Notes under the pieces: model-generated
What the model was told of the DNA's origin: nothing
The model's input: the letters and a program-made list of their open reading frames with translations, nothing else
The model's database searches: none
From: Camelus dromedarius
Taxonomy: Eukaryota
Assembly (NCBI RefSeq): GCF_036321535.1
Contig: NC_087437.1
Span: 68,450,001 to 68,514,000 of the forward strand
Direction: 5' to 3'
DNA length: 64,000 bases
Part shown: positions 39,842 to 53,849 of the stretch, one piece after another
Numbering within the stretch: the stretch's first letter is position 1
Layout: each line of letters opens with the position of its first letter
Position numbers and translations under genes: made by a program

Positions 39842-40974
39842 GATCCATTTCTGGGATGAATGTTCATGTCCATCATTTACACAAATCAAAACTCATAAAA
39901 TCACTCAAAGTAATTAAAATATAGTTATAAGCTTTGTGCTAATTTTCAGATTATCTGTTTATCTTTCATCTATATGTCTAGTCTGTCTAAGTTTTCTGCA
40001 AAATAGTGTTCAGATGTTATCCTTATTTCAGGCTCAACATCCACATAACAATGCCTGCCTTTATAGGGACAGTTCTGAAATAGGAATCTGTCTTGCAGTT
40101 TCACTGCTTTGTGTCCCCATTGGTTTTGGGTGAGAAGACATGTGTACCAGTATCAGTCGTTCATTGTTACTGGAGTGGGGCATGGGCTGTGGAACTCAAG
40201 CATGTTTCTAATGTTAAGGGTGACTTAGAATTTTAATGAGGGGTACACTACACATGACTCATATTTTTAGCTGGAAAAATCAAAGCCTGGTGTCATTCAA
40301 TAACGTACTGGGTGGCTAGCTATTCTGCTTGTTTTCTGTTTCAAATATTAGCCCCTAGCTGCCTAAATTGGATGGGGATGTGAGATGTGAAGCCAACTAA
40401 GTCATAGACTCCCTTGGTTTTCCTCTTGTTCTAATCTCTGCTTCCACTTTCTAAAAAGAGGGCAAGGGTGATCAAATTCTGAATATATAATGAACTAAAG
40501 AGCATTCTATTCTATTTTTCAGTGCTTAAAGAAGAAGAAAGAATCAATGCTTTGGTTTTATTATTTTTATTTATCTTTAGAGTTAAATAAAATCTTAGAG
40601 ATATAAGGTCCATCTTTCATCTACATAGTTTTGCTGGCAGATTGTTGGACCTGGCAGGTGCTGGGAATATTGAAGTCTAGAAGACCACTGCCAGGAATAT
40701 TATAAGTAAATTATGTCTTGGTTTCCGTTGTAAAATCAAGTAACTAGCATTTACCAGCCTTGCAGAGGGCACTTACAAAATATGTATTTAATGACAATTT
40801 TCTGATTTGGGCTAAATATTTTGTCCTCTATACCTGAAGTTTATTCTAAATCTAGCATTCTATATTAGATCTTAATCTAATCTATATATAAATGTGCTCT
40901 ATATCAAAATTTAAAGTTCTGTATCTTTTAAAAGTTACCTTTTTATCTTTTGGGAAACTAAATGGTGTTAGAGA

Positions 40975-41185
40975 GAGAGGTTGGTGATTTAAAGCTTTCA
41001 CACCTGGATTCAAATCCCACTACACTGCTTTTGTGTTGCATAACTGTGGGCAAGTTATTAAGTTGACTGAGCTTTAAAACTTAGGTCTATCAAATGGACA
41101 GGAAAATACCTTCTTCCTGAGGCAGTTATAAAGATTAAATAAACTCATATGGCATATACTCTGAACTCAAAAAATGATGCTTCTC
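40975..41185 (+). mobile_element. MIR SINE
   Basis: acctggattcaaatcccactac...tgtgggcaagtta...tctatcaaatgg...aagattaaat. Confidence 0.65.
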
Positions 41186-41305
41186 TCTAAATCAATCAGA
41201 AAATCTTAGGTTATCAGCCTTCTGCTTAAGTATAGTCTGGGCACAGCTATATGGTAAAGAATCATTTTTAAAGAGAAGTGCAAAAATGTTAATTAACATT
41301 TAATT

Positions 41306-41395
41306 GAGAGGAAGGTATAACTCTAGTGGTGGAGCACATGCTTGGCATGCATGAGGACCTGGGTCCAATGTCCAGTACTTCCATTTAAAAAAAAA
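41306..41395 (+). mobile_element. tRNA-derived SINE (Vic-1-like, short form)
   Basis: A-box-like tataactctagtggtggagcacatgcttggcatgcatgaggac, B-box-like ctgggtccaatgtccag and an A tail. Same family as the copies at 58201 and 61996. Confidence 0.75.
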
Positions 41396-41625
41396 TTAAC
41401 TGAATCTTGCTATGTTATATTCGGCATTTGGTTCCTGAATTCTGTATTGCAGGTACAATTTATGAAGTACATCTTGATAGTATAGTATATGCCCTATATG
41501 ACACTGTTCACCTTTACAGCCCTTTGAGAGAAATGATCTCTTCTTGTTCTGAGTACAAAAGGTCGAGGCATTCAACCTATTATCAGGGAGGCTGACTGAT
41601 AGTCCTCAGACAGTCAATTAGAGAC

Positions 41626-41984
41626 TTCTTAAGTTCAGTCCAGCTGCTATAACAGGATACCATAGACTAGGTGGCTTATAAACAACAGAAATGTATTTCT
41701 CACAGTTTTGGAGGCTAGAAAATCTATAGTGTAGACACTGGCAGATATGGTGTCTGGTGAGATCCCATGTCCTGGTTCGTAGACCTACTTCTCACTGTGT
41801 TTTCACGTGGTGGGAGGGGTACGGGGACCCTCTGGGGTCTCTTTGCTAAGGGCACTAATCCCATTCCTCAGGGCTCCACCCTCATGACACAGTCACCTCC
41901 CAAACTCCTAATATCAGCACTTTGGGGGTTTAGAATTTAACATATGAATTTGGAAGAGGAGACACAAACATTTATTCTATTGCA
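41626..41984 (-). mobile_element. MaLR solo LTR (MLT1A-like)
   Basis: gctgctataaca...ggtggcttataaacaacagaaatgtatttctcacagttttggaggct...ggcactaatcccatt...catatgaatttgg..gacacaaacatt is the reverse complement of the same family as 27181-27516. Confidence 0.88.
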
Positions 41985-42961
41985 TGCAGACCTTTGAAAG
42001 GTTAGTCTTGCTTTAAAAAAGTAATTTTTGCTGGGAGTTACAAAGGCAGGTAAAAGTCTAATTTTTTGCTAGAAAGCAAAGATAATTTAATCCTTTCAAT
42101 GTTAATAAAATACTCATTAGAAAGTAGGGGTTAGAGGATCGTCTTAAACTAAGACACATTTCTGACTAGAGAGAATATCAGGGGATAAAGTCACTCCTAC
42201 TGATTTTAGACAGAATTGTTATGAACAAGGGAAATACTCACTAGAGAGAAAAAAAAGTCCAGAGAAATCCTGTTCTTCTCCTTGGCATTCCCAAGGAGAT
42301 GCTCTGTAGGGCTCAACAGGAGTGCAGACACTACCCAAGAGAGTCACTGACGTACTTATAGCAGTGCATAGTTTTAAGGAGTTCCTTGCTACCTGACCTT
42401 TACAAAAAATGAATATGGGACCTAGCATCAAACAAGAGATTATCTGGACTTGGCACTCAACCCAGACCTTCTGTCTCCAGGTCCACAGCGATGGATATAT
42501 CAGACCCTATCATGGCTTGCATAGTGAAATCATAACTTTAAAAAAGAAAAACAAAAGGCAACACTCATTTATTCAGTTGATCTTTCAACAAATATTTAGG
42601 GAGTGACTGTTAGGTACTCTGTTAAGGTTCAACAGCTTATTAAAAATCTCTTCTAGAGGATCTCTTCATGAAGGCCAGATGCATTATCGATTGGTATTGA
42701 TTACTCACTGGCAAGGTCATTGAGTTAAAAAGATCCAGAGTAAATTAGAAACACAGAACTCTGTTAGAATGTGATTGATAACAAACAAAATTAAAATTGA
42801 AAAAATTTACTACTGTTGCCTTTTGCTTCCCTTAAAAGTTGATATGTAATAAATCTTTGTATTTGTTTATACCTAATGGTAAATAGTTCAACCATTCAGA
42901 TAGATAAATAGGTACGTAGATAGACAGATAGGCAGACAAACATAATATGTACATAAGTGGG

Positions 42962-43066
42962 TATATATATGAAATTTATAATATATATAAATATATACAT
43001 ATGTGAATTTTATATATATAATATATATAATTTTATAAATATAAATATAAATATAAATATATATAT
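42962..43066. repeat. AT-rich low-complexity (TA)n / (ATAAAT)n tract
   Basis: tatatatatgaaatttataatatatataaatatatac...ataaatataaatataaatataaatat. Confidence 0.85.
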
Positions 43067-44134
43067 CATTTGGAGTCAAAGCTGAATTTAAACTTTCAAA
43101 ATATCACCGGGATAAGCAGTCCATAGGGTCTGTGCAAATGTAAGTCACTAAATGTGTGGGGAGGGGGACCAGTACCTGTCCTGAGAGGCAGAAGAAACTG
43201 GACTGTGAGAGTGTATTCCAGAGCCTTGAGGTTCTGCCAGGAACCCAAGATGGGATGTTGGGAGGGTGCAGGGGGCTAGACTCATTGTTCATTTCCACAG
43301 GCCTCCTTTCAACCTGATTATATTTTCCTTTCCAAGAGGTAATATTTTATTTGACAAAAGGGTCACTGCTTATTAGAAAGTTTGAAAATGACAGTTTTAG
43401 AGGATATCCTGAGAATACAAATCCAAGTGTCAGAAGTGTCACCAATGAAAACTAGGGAGCATCTCCCTGACTTGTCATCATCCTGCATGCACAAGCCCCA
43501 AGGCGAGCTTTATTTTAGGAGCCCTTTGCTTCTCCTCTCTTCTCTTCCTGCCTATTCTATTCTGGACATAAAATATTTCACAGATATGCCCTTAATTGTC
43601 ACATGGGTCGCACAAGATGTTATTTTGGTTCTGTAAACTATTACAAGCCTGTTCTCACATCTTAAAGTATTTAAGCAATTAAGTGCCTCCTAAATCCATA
43701 CTGTCAGCAGTCTCAGGCTTCCCAGTGTAGCTATCCTTTGCTTCTGCAAGGATTTGGGGAAGATATTTTATTCCAGCTTCCATTCCCTTCAACCTTTTCT
43801 CTATCCTAAGTGCAGGTTTTCTCTCTGCTCAGTATGTTCTGTTACGTTGTCTGAATAGCCCCAGAAGAACCACAATTAGATCTATGCACTTTGTCTTCTA
43901 TACTCTTCACCACCCCTTTAAAACTGCCTCCTTCCCCACCTACCTTCCTGATTTCACTTGCCCAACATGGATGCTTCATGATCTTGGGCATCTTTTTCTA
44001 GGGAAAAAAAAAAAAAAAAAAGCTTTCTGGCTGCCCAAACCCTGTTAGGTTATCCCAGCTAACGATTTCTGGTCTCTGGACAGTGTCTTACATTGTCCCT
44101 CTTCCAATCTTCCATCCAGGATTGCAGTTGTTAC

Positions 44135-44725
44135 TCATTCATTTATTTATTCAGTAGTTATTAACTGTTTGCCTAGAGAGTTTCAAGCTAAGAAAAGAGG
44201 CTAAAATAACAGGCAAAAAAAAAGACACGGTCTCTGTCCCCAAGGAGATTTGAGTACAGTAGGGAGGACTTTCAAGTAAATGGACCATGACAATATGATG
44301 GGTTATATAGGGTAAAAGAAAAATGCTGTGAAATTATACAGCAGAGGTTCTTATACTTGATGTCAGGTATTGAGGAAGACATCCCTGGAGAGATGAAAAG
44401 GGATAGTAAGTGAAGAAAAGAAAGAGTAGAATGGTGGGGGAAGAGAAACAATGTTTCAGGAAGAAGGAGTGGTATTGTGAGTGGTATTGTGAAGGGAGAG
44501 AAAACATTTTATTGAAAGGACAAAGAGATGTTTGGTGTATTTAAAGAGTGATAAAACACGAGACAGTAGCCAGATCCAGAAGAACGATGTAAACTATTTT
44601 AAGAGTTTTCACAGTGTCTCTACAGCAAAGGGGGCTACTGAAAGAATTTTTTCAAAGGGAGTGACATGGTGATTTAGCATTTTATAAAGATTACTCTGAC
44701 TGCTGTGAGGAGGATAGCTGTGAAG
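44135..44725 (-). mobile_element. L2 LINE 3' fragment
   Basis: cattcatttatttattcag...agacacggtctctgtccccaaggag...gaggaagacatccctggagag...gggagtgacatg...aaagattactctgactgctgtg. Confidence 0.75.
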
Positions 44726-44745
44726 ACTGAGTCCTCATTCACAGT

Positions 44746-44769
44746 CACACACACACACACACACACACA
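44746..44769. repeat. (CA)12 microsatellite
   Basis: Uninterrupted CA run. Confidence 0.95.
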
Positions 44770-44949
44770 TTCTTTTCAGCACCAAAACATATTGGCTTTT
44801 AGTTATAAATCCTTAACCAAAGTCTCTTCACTTTGATATACAGTAGTTATTATTAGTGTTTCTAGTGAGAAACAGATCAACCATAAGACTTGATTTCCCG
44901 GGGTCATAGAGCTCTCTTGCCCCTCCCCTTTCTTCCCACTCATCTCAAC

Positions 44950-45110
44950 CATTCCTCGTCAAAATGTGGTCCATGGACCAGCAGTTAGCATCTCTTGGGG
45001 GAAATTTAGAAATGTGGATAGTGGTTCCCACCCCAGATGTACTAAACCCACATTTTGACAAGTTCCCTAGTTGATGGATGTGCACATTTGAGTATGAGAA
45101 GTCTGTTCTA
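44950..45110. mobile_element. MER5A-like hAT-Charlie MITE
   Basis: caaaatgtggtccatggaccagcagttagcatctcttggg...ttagaaatg...cattttgacaagttccc...tgcacatttgagtatgagaag..ctag. Confidence 0.75.
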
Positions 45111-46829
45111 GAAATCTACCTTAGACTCCCAACCCTTAATCCTATCACTATGTCTTGAGACTAATATAAATTTATTAGTGTGATTGAATAAACATTATTT
45201 TTTTTAAAGTCCACTTTATATTTTCAATTGGAAGTAATGCCCCAAAATAATATTTCTGTAGTAGTCTTGGTCGTGAGATGGATTGATTACAGATTTTGTG
45301 AGCTGTGGAGACAGGGGCCTCAACAAATGAGGATTTTCCCTAAAATTACCTCTAGCATGTTTTCCACTTGTGCCTTCCAATATTTTAACCGAGTGTCAGG
45401 TCAACCTGTACTGTGATAGCCTTGCAAAACTGAAATTTAAGCCTGTGGGCAGTTGCTTCTAAGATATGTAATGAGTTTTCTTTTAATCATACTATTTTCA
45501 AATGCTTTTCTACGCACCTCTTTCATTTCTAAATTTCCATCGAAAACTACTGTTTCTGCAAACACTCACAAAGCCTAATCACTTTCATTTGCATATTTTA
45601 TAAAACAGTTTATGAGAGGGAAGCAAATGATAAATGAACAAGCAACTATCAACAGTTTGTTTCTCATAGGAAGTTATGAGGCACTGTTTTGAGTGGGAAG
45701 AGATTCAACCCAGTCTCCTGTATCTCTAACTTCTGTCCTTTAGCCTGGCCCGGAGAGTACAGTTATCAGTAATGATGTCCTCTAAACCGCTTAAAATTCT
45801 CAATCACCAAAAAAGCTTCAAGAATGTTAAGATTTCTGTAACTGCATGGAGCAGTGGAAATAAATGCTGACCTAAAAATGAGGAGATCTGGGTTCTGATC
45901 TTGGCTACATTATTAATTAGCTGTGACTTCACACATGTTACTCCTAACTGGACCTAAATGTCCTCACCTATAAAATGAAAACAGTAGACTAGACAGTCTG
46001 TGAATATTTTAAGATTCCACGTACATTTCATTTATCTGAAAATTGGTAATCCATATGTGCTGCATAATGATGGAAACACTTGGGAAAGCATAATGTCCAA
46101 TTAACCAGCGCACCGCCATTTCCCAGACATCCTGAATTGGTGGTATACACTCCTGCATGCACGCCCGCCTCTCTCAATCACGCTCCTCTAAGTGGCAATT
46201 TTTGCCAAGTCTAACCAGCAGTCCTTTGACTTGTTGCTGTAGATTTTTCCCTCTGCACTAACCCAAAGATTACACCTTTCCTGAAGCTTGTGCCAGATGC
46301 TTTCTTCCCCGTCATAAAAATCAGGAAGAAAATGTCTCTTAGAATCAAAGTCATTGACTCTATCAGCAACATTCCCACACTGCCATCCTTACACAAGCTC
46401 TCGCTGATTCTTCCTCCTTTTAGCTATAGTCCTGAAAATGAAGCACACTCAAGATGGTTCAGCTGACTTGTCCTCCTCTCCTTAGAGATGGCCTGTCCCT
46501 TCTCTGTAAAGGCTTATTCTTAACTGCTGTCTACCTCCTGGACCACGCTGGAAAGACCTAAGCAGCACATTAGTCTCAAAGGCTCCCGTGGTCTTTGCCT
46601 TCCTGTTACTGCATTTCCTAAATATTTCCTTTTGTTTGTAATAACTCTACATTAAATAGTACTATGACAATGTAACCAGAGCCAAATTTGTTTTACACTG
46701 AATTTGAGTAATGTAACGCTATGTTTAACAAGGAGGAACCCACTTTGACTGATTCCTTTGCCCAATCTGAAAACAACTGGCTTTTCTTTCTAGATCCAGT
46801 GGCCTTCCTACAGTCTTCTAACAAGAGTA

Positions 46830-47040
46830 ATAACTACAGCAATGCTTATCATCAATGCAAACTTACATTACAGCAGGTGCTTCCCATAAGTCATCTCATT
46901 TTATCCTCATAATATTGCAAGAGGGTAATTTTATCCTCGTGGTATAAGTAAGGAAGCCGAGGCTAGAGAAAGCCTTCCACCACATCAGCTCTCCTAACAT
47001 GGGTCGGATCCTGGGATGAAACGCCTAGTGGAGCTCTAAC
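46830..47040 (-). mobile_element. MIR SINE
   Basis: atctcattttatcctcataat...aaggaagccgaggctagaga. Confidence 0.55.
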
Positions 47041-47724
47041 TGCATGTCCATCCAAAAGCAGAACATCCAAGAGGGAGCCTTGGTGTTTGTGGTTGAATCT
47101 GATGTCCCTAATTGCCCTTTTTTGGGTTTCTCATCTGTTCCCAAATCCTGTGCCCATCTGTGGCCTTTAGGAATTTAGAGCATTCTATCACCTCACCTGT
47201 CTTCTAGGGCAGGGTTTCCCGAATTGTGATGTGTTTCAGTATCTTCTGGGAACATGGAGTTTGAGTAGCCTAAGGTAAGACCTGATAATCGGCATTTTAC
47301 AAGCCTCCCACGGCTCCCAGTGGAAAAACATAAAAAACACAAGAATATCCAATCTATCTTCTCTATTCTGAGTAAAGAGTGGTTTTCTGTATGTCTCGGG
47401 TCTGGGAAATAAACCACAGGTGAGTCTTTATACCTTTCCCTTGCTAAAGTGTGCCCTAAATAAGGACATGCCATGATAAAGATATGAATTAGGATTACTG
47501 GTGAGATCCAGTGCTATTTCAGCCTGTATCTACTTCTGGACTCTTTAGATCATCCCCTGTGACCCTGGACTATTCTTCATTCTCCCTGTGGGCGTTCCTG
47601 AAGGTAATGAAGATACTCCCTTTTCTGGTTCCAGGGGGGTTTCTCTTGGATTTCAATATATTATCCTGCTCAAATTAAACAGATATTTTATTTTCCTCAT
47701 TCTGAAGATTTCTTTAACTTAAGT

Positions 47725-48030
47725 GGAACAGCTTTGAATCCTGTCTCCATTACTCATTATCTGTGTGACTTGGGCAAATTACTTATTCTCTAATAGTTTC
47801 CTTTTCCTCACATGTAAGGTGACAGTGGTGAATAGTAGTGTTTATTTTATGGAGCTGATATAAAGATCAAAGAGTCAGAGCCCCTGTGTGGGCCATTCAC
47901 ATCATAGTAGAAGTAAAAGTCTTCCTCTAATGTTGTGCAGTACACAACCTGTGCAGCTGTATGAAGAGACCCTAAAATAAACTAATATTTATTTTAAAGG
48001 TTTAGCATAATCCCCTGGCATTGCGGGATA
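47725..48030 (+). mobile_element. MIR SINE containing a MER91-like hAT MITE (about 47877-47973)
   Basis: tttgaatcctgtctccatt..ctgtgtgacttgggcaaatta is MIR. The insert gccattcacat...gttgtgcagtacacaacctgtgcagctgta resembles MER91. Confidence 0.6.
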
Positions 48031-49679
48031 TGAAATTTGCCATTCCAGAATGGTGCCTATTGTTTAATATTTATCCTCACCTTTGGCTATTTCTATCTGA
48101 TTTATTCTTATATTCTTAACATATATTCACTTGCCATTTGTTAAGCTTAACTCTACTGGGTTGCTAAGTTTGATTCCTTAATTGTGGACCCAAGATCACT
48201 GAGTTGGTTATGAGAGTGGCCCTAGTCTTATCTAAATAGTGGATTTACCTAAATTCATTCCCTTTCTCTTACCACAGTTTGTTTGTAACCAATGATATGT
48301 CTTTGTAAGATGGCTAGTTAAGGATAAGGGTGCAGCCTATGGCTCTGAAACCATTTTTTCTCTTGCGTGAAATACTAACTAGCCTGCCCAGAAATTGGAC
48401 CAACTACCTTGACCTCATTAGCCCAGCACTCCAAGCAGCAGAACATTTTGCTTTCATTATTTCAATACTGCAGCGATGATTATAAAGATACAGCAAGAAC
48501 AGTACTGAATCCAGACATTTCATTATTCCCATTAACGATGTAAATCAGGGGAAGTATGCAAAAGAGAGGGTGAATTGGACTGCTTACATGGAAATCACAG
48601 ATTTGACAAATAGGCTTAAGGATGAGTATGTAGCAAGGGAGTGTGTGTATGTGGAGTGGGATGGGGAGCAGAGAAGAGGAGAGAGAGAGAGCAAACTACG
48701 CTTTCTTCAGGCAAAAGAGTAAGATGTACTAAAACAGATAACTACGGATATGGGAAGACAAAGGGATATATCACATAATTCACTTCCTTACTCTTTTACA
48801 TTTTTATATCCTTTAAATATCACTCAAGCAAACTAGAAACACCTTGGAAAGAGAAGAAATATTTAATCTATTTAGTATTTAGTATTATGCCAACTTTATT
48901 TTTGATCCTTTTACACTGAAATATTTGCCCAGGTAATTAGAAAAAACATATATATATATGTGTGTGTGTATAGTATATAGTATGTAGTATATATAGTGTG
49001 TGTTTACGTATTCAACTTCTATTAGAAAGGCACAGGTGAGGGAAGGGAACTGGGAATGTAAGGTAAAACAAAAGATCTGGGCCATCATGAAGCTTACATT
49101 CTAAAGGGAGGGATTAGACAGAAAATAGCTGTATGAGTGAGTGAATGGATAAATTAATCAAACTTTTGACACAGTGAAGAATGTAAACTTTAGAGAGTAG
49201 TAGGGGTGAGAAAAGACACCATTGTGTAGGTTATTATGTGTTTAAATAAGGAGTAAACTTTTCTTCGGATATTATGATCAGAGAAATTCTCCTTAGTTTT
49301 GGGGTACCTGTCAAAGGTTGGCCCTGGGATTGCTGGGGAGCAGGTATCTCTGCTGTCTGTTATTTTAAAGTTACTTAAGGCTCAAAACAAAATAATATAC
49401 TTTTAAAATATTTATCTTCTATATATATTATGTTTTATGTATATTTATATTGTATATACAATATACAGCCACCCACTCACCCACAGCCTCCCAGTGCACA
49501 AGGCAAATTTTCATCACCCTTTCCACACCTCCTGTCTGGCTAAGAACCTGGTCACCTGTCTGTGGCCAGGGCTGGCCCACATGGTCCTGTTAGCACTGTT
49601 TACACATTGTGGTGGACAAAACACACAGCCCCAGAGATGGCTCACCGCGAAGGATGATTCTCCCCTCTTACCTCATTCC

Positions 49680-51370
49680 AAGCCCTTTCAACCCTCACCA
49701 CTAGGGTTGGGTCCATCCGTAGGGCTTTATACTTTACAGTTGCAAGTTCAAGACTCATCCGAAACCTTAGTATCTCAGTCCCCTCAACTCCAATGACCTC
49801 CGTTCCTTCTGCACTTCAGTCGCCTAGCAACGCAGCCACACTGAAAGAGCAGCATCAGACTCATTTCCCCTCAAGGCTCACGATCAGTTTAGCATCGCCT
49901 ACTTTCTCACTGTTGCTCAGTCTGCTCTGATTTTCCCCATGACCTCTACTCCCTTGACCATTTTCCACTCTCACAGTTCATGACCTTGTCTCTGTCTTCA
50001 TTTGTCTCTCTACCCTGCGTGGACTCTATTCTCAGGCTCTTCAGTTCTTCATAACCTTGTAATCTCGTATGTTCCAATTTTTATACCTATGAGATCCTAT
50101 ATACTTTATCCTTCCCTGTTGTGATTGAGGACTTCAGAGAAGATAAGGGTTTTTTGTTTGCTTTCTCATTGGGTTTTCTGAAAGTTCTGTCTTAGTTCAG
50201 GCTACTCTACCACAAACTAGGTGGCTTATATAAACAGAAATCTATTTTATTTTTTTAAAGTGCATTGATATTAATTCAAAAATTGAAAAATTACTTTATC
50301 TTACTGCAAATGAAAATATTATCATGTCTTTTCAGATGCTTGTGTGTGTTTAGCAGAACTGTAATTTTAATGCTGGAATTCTGATGGGATATGAAATAAT
50401 GGCTTCATTCTATGCAGTAATTTAAAGACATCAATTCTCATCATTTCTCTAAGCATATCAGAGAATAGAGATTGGAGAAAATATACTTCCTTTGTTTAAC
50501 TTAGAATGCTGAGGAATGCAGATGCTCTTGCGATGGGTAATCACCCACTGATTTTTAAAGTCAAAAAACAATGTTCAGTGTCCTAATTTCTTTCTTATCC
50601 CTGGTCAAAGACAAGTACATGCCTTCATTGTAACTTTGGGGAATTTGTATTACAACAGTAATTTTCCCAATTTAAAAAACCCAAGAATCATGATAAGAAA
50701 GAACCATATATATATTGGGAGAGAAAAAGCTGCAAACAAACCATTTTGGGAAATCTGATCACAGATCCCATTTTATACACTATGTGTGTGGTGTGTGGAT
50801 ATGTGTGTGACAGCCATTCATGTAATCCAACTCTAAAAATCATTGTAATCCATCCTTATTGCATTCCTGTTCTTTTGATCATAGTGGCTGGGCATTTTTT
50901 TCTACTTCACATTTCATTGTCTTATGTTGTTGGACTAAGAACACAAAAGCCATTGGATCCTGAACCATTCTGCTGCTTTCCACTCCACTTTAAAATCCTT
51001 TCTTCCCTTACCCATCTTTCTTTTTCTCCTTCTTTGGGGGAAAATTACTTCCAAAATGAAATTCCACCTATGCTCTTGTCCTCACTCCCCCACAACCCCC
51101 AATGCACATGAGTGCACTTCCTCAAGAACAGTACTGTGTTCGTTTCCAGTATTCTCATAAGCCTAGAAGTATGATCTATTTTCCTCTTATGCACAAAAAT
51201 AAACAGATTTCATCCAAAGAATGGTCCTCTCCTCCATCCTTTCTTGGAAAATGTTTTTGAGATATTAGTTATATTCACTGTCTTCTTTCCTCCCCCCACT
51301 GTATCATTCATCAATCCTTTACAATCTGTGGTTCATCCCACCGACTCTCACCACACTTCTGAAAACATTC
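49680..51370 (+). mobile_element. Colinear decayed L2 ORF2 pieces (about 49680-50140 and 51200-51370) flanking a truncated MLT1 end (50188-50245) and an unassigned segment
   Basis: Pyrimidine-rich L2-like sequence on both sides. tgtcttagttcaggct...ggtggcttatataaacagaaatctattt is the reverse-strand MLT1A 3' terminus. Confidence 0.5.
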
Positions 51371-51559
51371 TGTTTATTTAGCAAATGTTTGATAAGCACT
51401 TGCCAAGGTCCAGGCACAGCTGTAGGAGCTAAAGTTCTATGACTAGTACTGAGCAATCATGACACCTAATTTGTCATGATGTCCACAGTAATTTGTCTGA
51501 AGAGCCCAAATCTCAAGGAATGGAAGCGGTGGGGAGGGGAGGAGAGTGGGAATCAGAGA

Positions 51560-51850
51560 ACCTTATATCAAATAAGCTTCTGAATTCAGCTGTGCCTAAA
51601 GATCTACTCAAAAACTTTTTAGTTACCTGAGCCAATAAATTCCTTTTCTGTGTAAGTAACTTTGTGTTTGGATTCTGTCATTTGCAACTGAAAGAGTCCT
51701 GAATAAAATAACATAGTTATTTGCATATATATATTATCCTCTTCTATGTAATCATAAACTGTTTGAGAGAAAAGACTACATTATTCATTTTGTATCCTCC
51801 AGAATGCTTGGCACATTGTATACATCCAATAAATATTTATTGACTGAATA
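51560..51850 (+). mobile_element. Old MLT1 LTR 3' end followed by an L2 3' end
   Basis: tgagccaataaattcctttt...tctgtcatttgcaactgaaagagtcctgaat is MLT1J/K-like. gaatgcttggcaca...caataaatatttattgactgaat is the L2 tail. Confidence 0.65.
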
Positions 51851-53849
51851 AGTCAATTTATAAAAAAGCTTAAATTTAGATTGATGCAGTCTTCAGACTT
51901 CTCTAGTGATTTGGATAACGAACAACATCACATGGCAGAAATCTTTCAAAATTCCCTACCTCCCAGTGGGAACACGTAGCTCTCAGCTAGTCTTCCAGCC
52001 TTCCACCACTGTCACTTCATCTGCAGCCCCATTCAGCTTTTACTCAGAGAGGAAAGTAAAAGACACCTGGATGTCTGTTTCTGTGCTATGAGCAATGAAT
52101 ATCTCAGGCTCTGGCTATAACATGACTGAAAGGAAGAAATACTGGCCTTTTTGATTTTTATTCTTTCTTGATCCAGGTACAAGCTTCTCTTTGTAGAGAA
52201 AGTACTGCGATCCTTCATTTAGAGCCACATCCTAATTAATTGTAACAAGAGCAAGAATTGAGGGAGATTATGATTTTCAGTTTCTCTCTCTCTTTCCCAT
52301 ACACCCCCCCCCCCACACACACACACACACTAAAGCATACTCCACACATACAGGCACACTCAAAAATGAAGGATTAAAAAGAAACCCAATGGATGCCCTG
52401 GACACATACACAAAGAAAGCTCACTCTGACTCACATAGTTACAGCTCTCTCTTTCTATACATACGAAGACAAGTGCATACAGAGACAAATCTTTCCTTTA
52501 GGAGCAGGTCCCCTGTGCATGTCTAGAGTCAGAGGAGTCAAAAGGACCAAGAACTCTTCCCTGAAGCAGACAGAATGTGGGTGGAGGCAAACAGAATGAT
52601 ATATTTAAACATTTAGCAGGAAGGAAATCTTAGACAGTTAAAGCAGCATCCTTATTAATTACCAATTGTAGAGGCAGTCTAACATTCATTCCCTTTCTCC
52701 TGTCTTGTTACTTGTTGAAAATACAAGAGAATGGGGTTGGGAGTTGGAGGGGCGGGAAGGATGGCAAGAAAGTCATCTCTTTTTCTCTGGGTGCACATGT
52801 GTGTTTTAATTATCCCTCTTGAGATACTTCTTTGCATAGTTGCTTGCAGTTGTGTTTTTGACATTGGAGCTTATGTTATCAGTAATTGCCAGCTTTGTTT
52901 CGTGCTTTGTTTTTTGAGGGAGTGGAGGTGATTAGGGTGGCCCCCAAACTGTCCATACTGCTCGCCATTTGGAAAAGGCTAAACTGTTTACCATTTAAAG
53001 GCAGTACATGAGCTTGTTCCTACCCTGCTTCCTGTGGTCAGGAGCTCATGGCACTGAGACTAGAGCAGGAATAGACTGCAGGGCTTCTCAGTGAAGTCTG
53101 TGTGCCAGTTGGATATGTATTCATAGATTTCATCTTTGAAAAGATAACCTGGTAACTACCAAGACAGCTCCAATAATGACAATAACTAAGCCAGCTGAGT
53201 GGCAGGGTGCACTTTAGCCAGCAGTCAACTACTTATATCGCAAATATAAGTAACAGTCCTCTCTCTAATAACAAATGCTAAATATTCAACATTCTACATC
53301 TGCCTGTGGAGTTGGAGATCTTTTTAAGACATTGAAACACAGAAATTCCCCCAAACTCCTGCTGTGTGAAGAATGCAAATCATCCTTGATTCAAAAAAGG
53401 ATGTGTTCTAGGAAAGCAGTGCTCTCATTTTAACAGATTTCCTCAGAAATGTGGTGGAAGCAGGAAGGAGAATGAGATACTGTGTATTATTAAATGAAGA
53501 TAGTGTTAAAGCTGACTCTTTTTTACCACAAACATCAGCTTAACAGTGTCACGAAAATGCAAAAATGCAGGCAAGGAAATAAACTCATGTAATGGGAAAA
53601 GTTAAGATTTAGAAATATTAGTCCATCATACTAAAATTTTATGTGTATAGAATGTCATGTTTTCATTTTACTTTCGATCTGATTATAAAACAAGAACACT
53701 CTAGAACAAAGCAACTGGAAAACAACCCTTCAACTGCCCATTCATAGGTTACCCTACTTGACTTATTATAAGATTTCCTTTTTGGCTTTTTTGGGTACAC
53801 TTTTATATTCGTAAGCACATCAAACACTTCAGACATAAATTAAGCTCTG

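Noticed and set aside
51456..51480. Inverted repeat ATCATGACA-N7-TGTCATGAT
   Set aside because: A 9-bp arm hairpin in 64 kb of AT-rich DNA can arise by chance, and there is no supporting context.
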